From Bugula neritina (lineage: Eukaryota; Animalia; Bryozoa): DNA of 64,000 bases. Under the pieces are notes generated by a model, which was not told the DNA's origin, ran no database searches, and worked only from the letters and a program-made list of their open reading frames with translations. Positions 18,725-64,000 of the stretch are shown in pieces; within the stretch, counting starts at the first letter, position 1; each line of letters begins with the position of its first letter. Where the stretch lies: the NCBI GenBank assembly GCA_964035545.1, contig OZ037767.1:19608628-19672627 (forward strand), given 5' to 3'. The position numbers and the translations under genes are program-made.

Positions 18725-18737
18725 GTAACTTAGCAAC
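18725..18737. promoter_or_regulatory. RFX X-box-like element in the putative DNAH1 promoter
   Basis: GTAACTTAGCAAC (reverse GTTGCTAAGTTAC), ~60 nt upstream of a GTAAGT donor at 18796 that likely ends a non-coding first exon. RFX control of ciliary genes is established. Confidence 0.65.
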
Positions 18738-19232
18738 CTCAACGAAACGGCATTTTGCTAACTCGACATTTAATTAACCTCAATTATAGAATCTTGTAAG
18801 TATGTTACTATTTAGAATTCCTTTTCAGCAGATAAAATCAAATTACTTTTGTGTAACGTTTATAAAAAACAGCAATTTTATACACGCTATTGTTTTACAT
18901 ATTGCAGCAAAAACCCAATTTAGTTTGACTTGATCAAAATTTTATTATTCAAAATGTTATTACTTACACTTACAGTTATACTAATACTTATACTTATAGT
19001 TATAGTATTAGTTATTACTGATTAGTTATTACTATTACTTACACTAATATTTACAGTTATATTTATAGTTGTGAGTTATACCTATGGTTTGTGCATGAGT
19101 ATGATTATTATAGTGTTGGCTATAAATACAATCATAACAATTTGTTAAGCACATTCACATTGCATTTGCTATTTATTTGCTTGTTAATGTAATTATAGAA
19201 AAATTCAAACGGTATGGTGACAAACTTTGCTC

Positions 19233-63748
<44,516 letters not shown>

Positions 63749-63826
63749 GTTAGTTTCATGCTGTCTGCATATACTACATTACAGTGTAACTTGAACTTAT
63801 CACTTATTAAGTCAAGCATGTCAATG

Positions 63827-64000
63827 GAGTAGATGTGGTCTAGGGGTTAGAGCGCTGGCTCAGTAAACACAAGGTCATGGGTTCCATACCCAGTTAAGGC
63901 CATTGGTGATGTTAGTAAGAGTATCCAGTCATAAATGCTCCTGTGTGACATATGAATAAGTCCTTAGCTCGATTTCACGAACCCTTTTCATCAGGGGTTT
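63827..64000 (+). mobile_element. tRNA-derived SINE, copy 3 (cut by window end)
   Basis: Colinear with the 17484 copy: GTGGTCTAGGGGTTAGAGCG..AGTAAACACAAGGTCATGGGTTC..GGCCATTGGTGATGTTAG.AAGAG.ATCCAGTCATAA. Confidence 0.88.

Overview
AT-rich, intron-rich animal (probably invertebrate) genomic DNA with four spliced protein-coding genes, reconstructed by hand from GT-AG junctions and codon phase. (1) BTBD10/KCTD20-like BTB gene on + (1223-5403, 5' end uncertain). (2) PLEKHM1-like RUN + Rubicon-homology gene on - (15461-6278, 17 coding exons, no obvious PH domains), tail-to-tail with BTBD10. (3) Axonemal inner-arm dynein heavy chain DNAH1 on + (19233 to beyond 64000, 42 coding exon positions covering tail, linker and AAA1-AAA3), with an RFX X-box upstream. 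(4) A 5-exon class A peptide-type GPCR nested antisense in the 8.4-kb DNAH1 intron. There are also three tRNA-Thr-derived SINE copies, several MITE/foldback elements and many simple repeats. Two things stand out. First, the DNAH1 AAA1 Walker-B exon is present twice (106 nt each) with the hallmarks of mutually exclusive splicing. Second, tandem repeats repeatedly start on exon-intron junctions and copy the splice site itself. Two DNAH1 introns consist almost wholly of about 20 and about 42 tandem copies of their own 5' splice site, and in the second each unit runs GT...AG, giving a string of AG|GT sites. Gene identities rest on remembered family motifs, not database searches.
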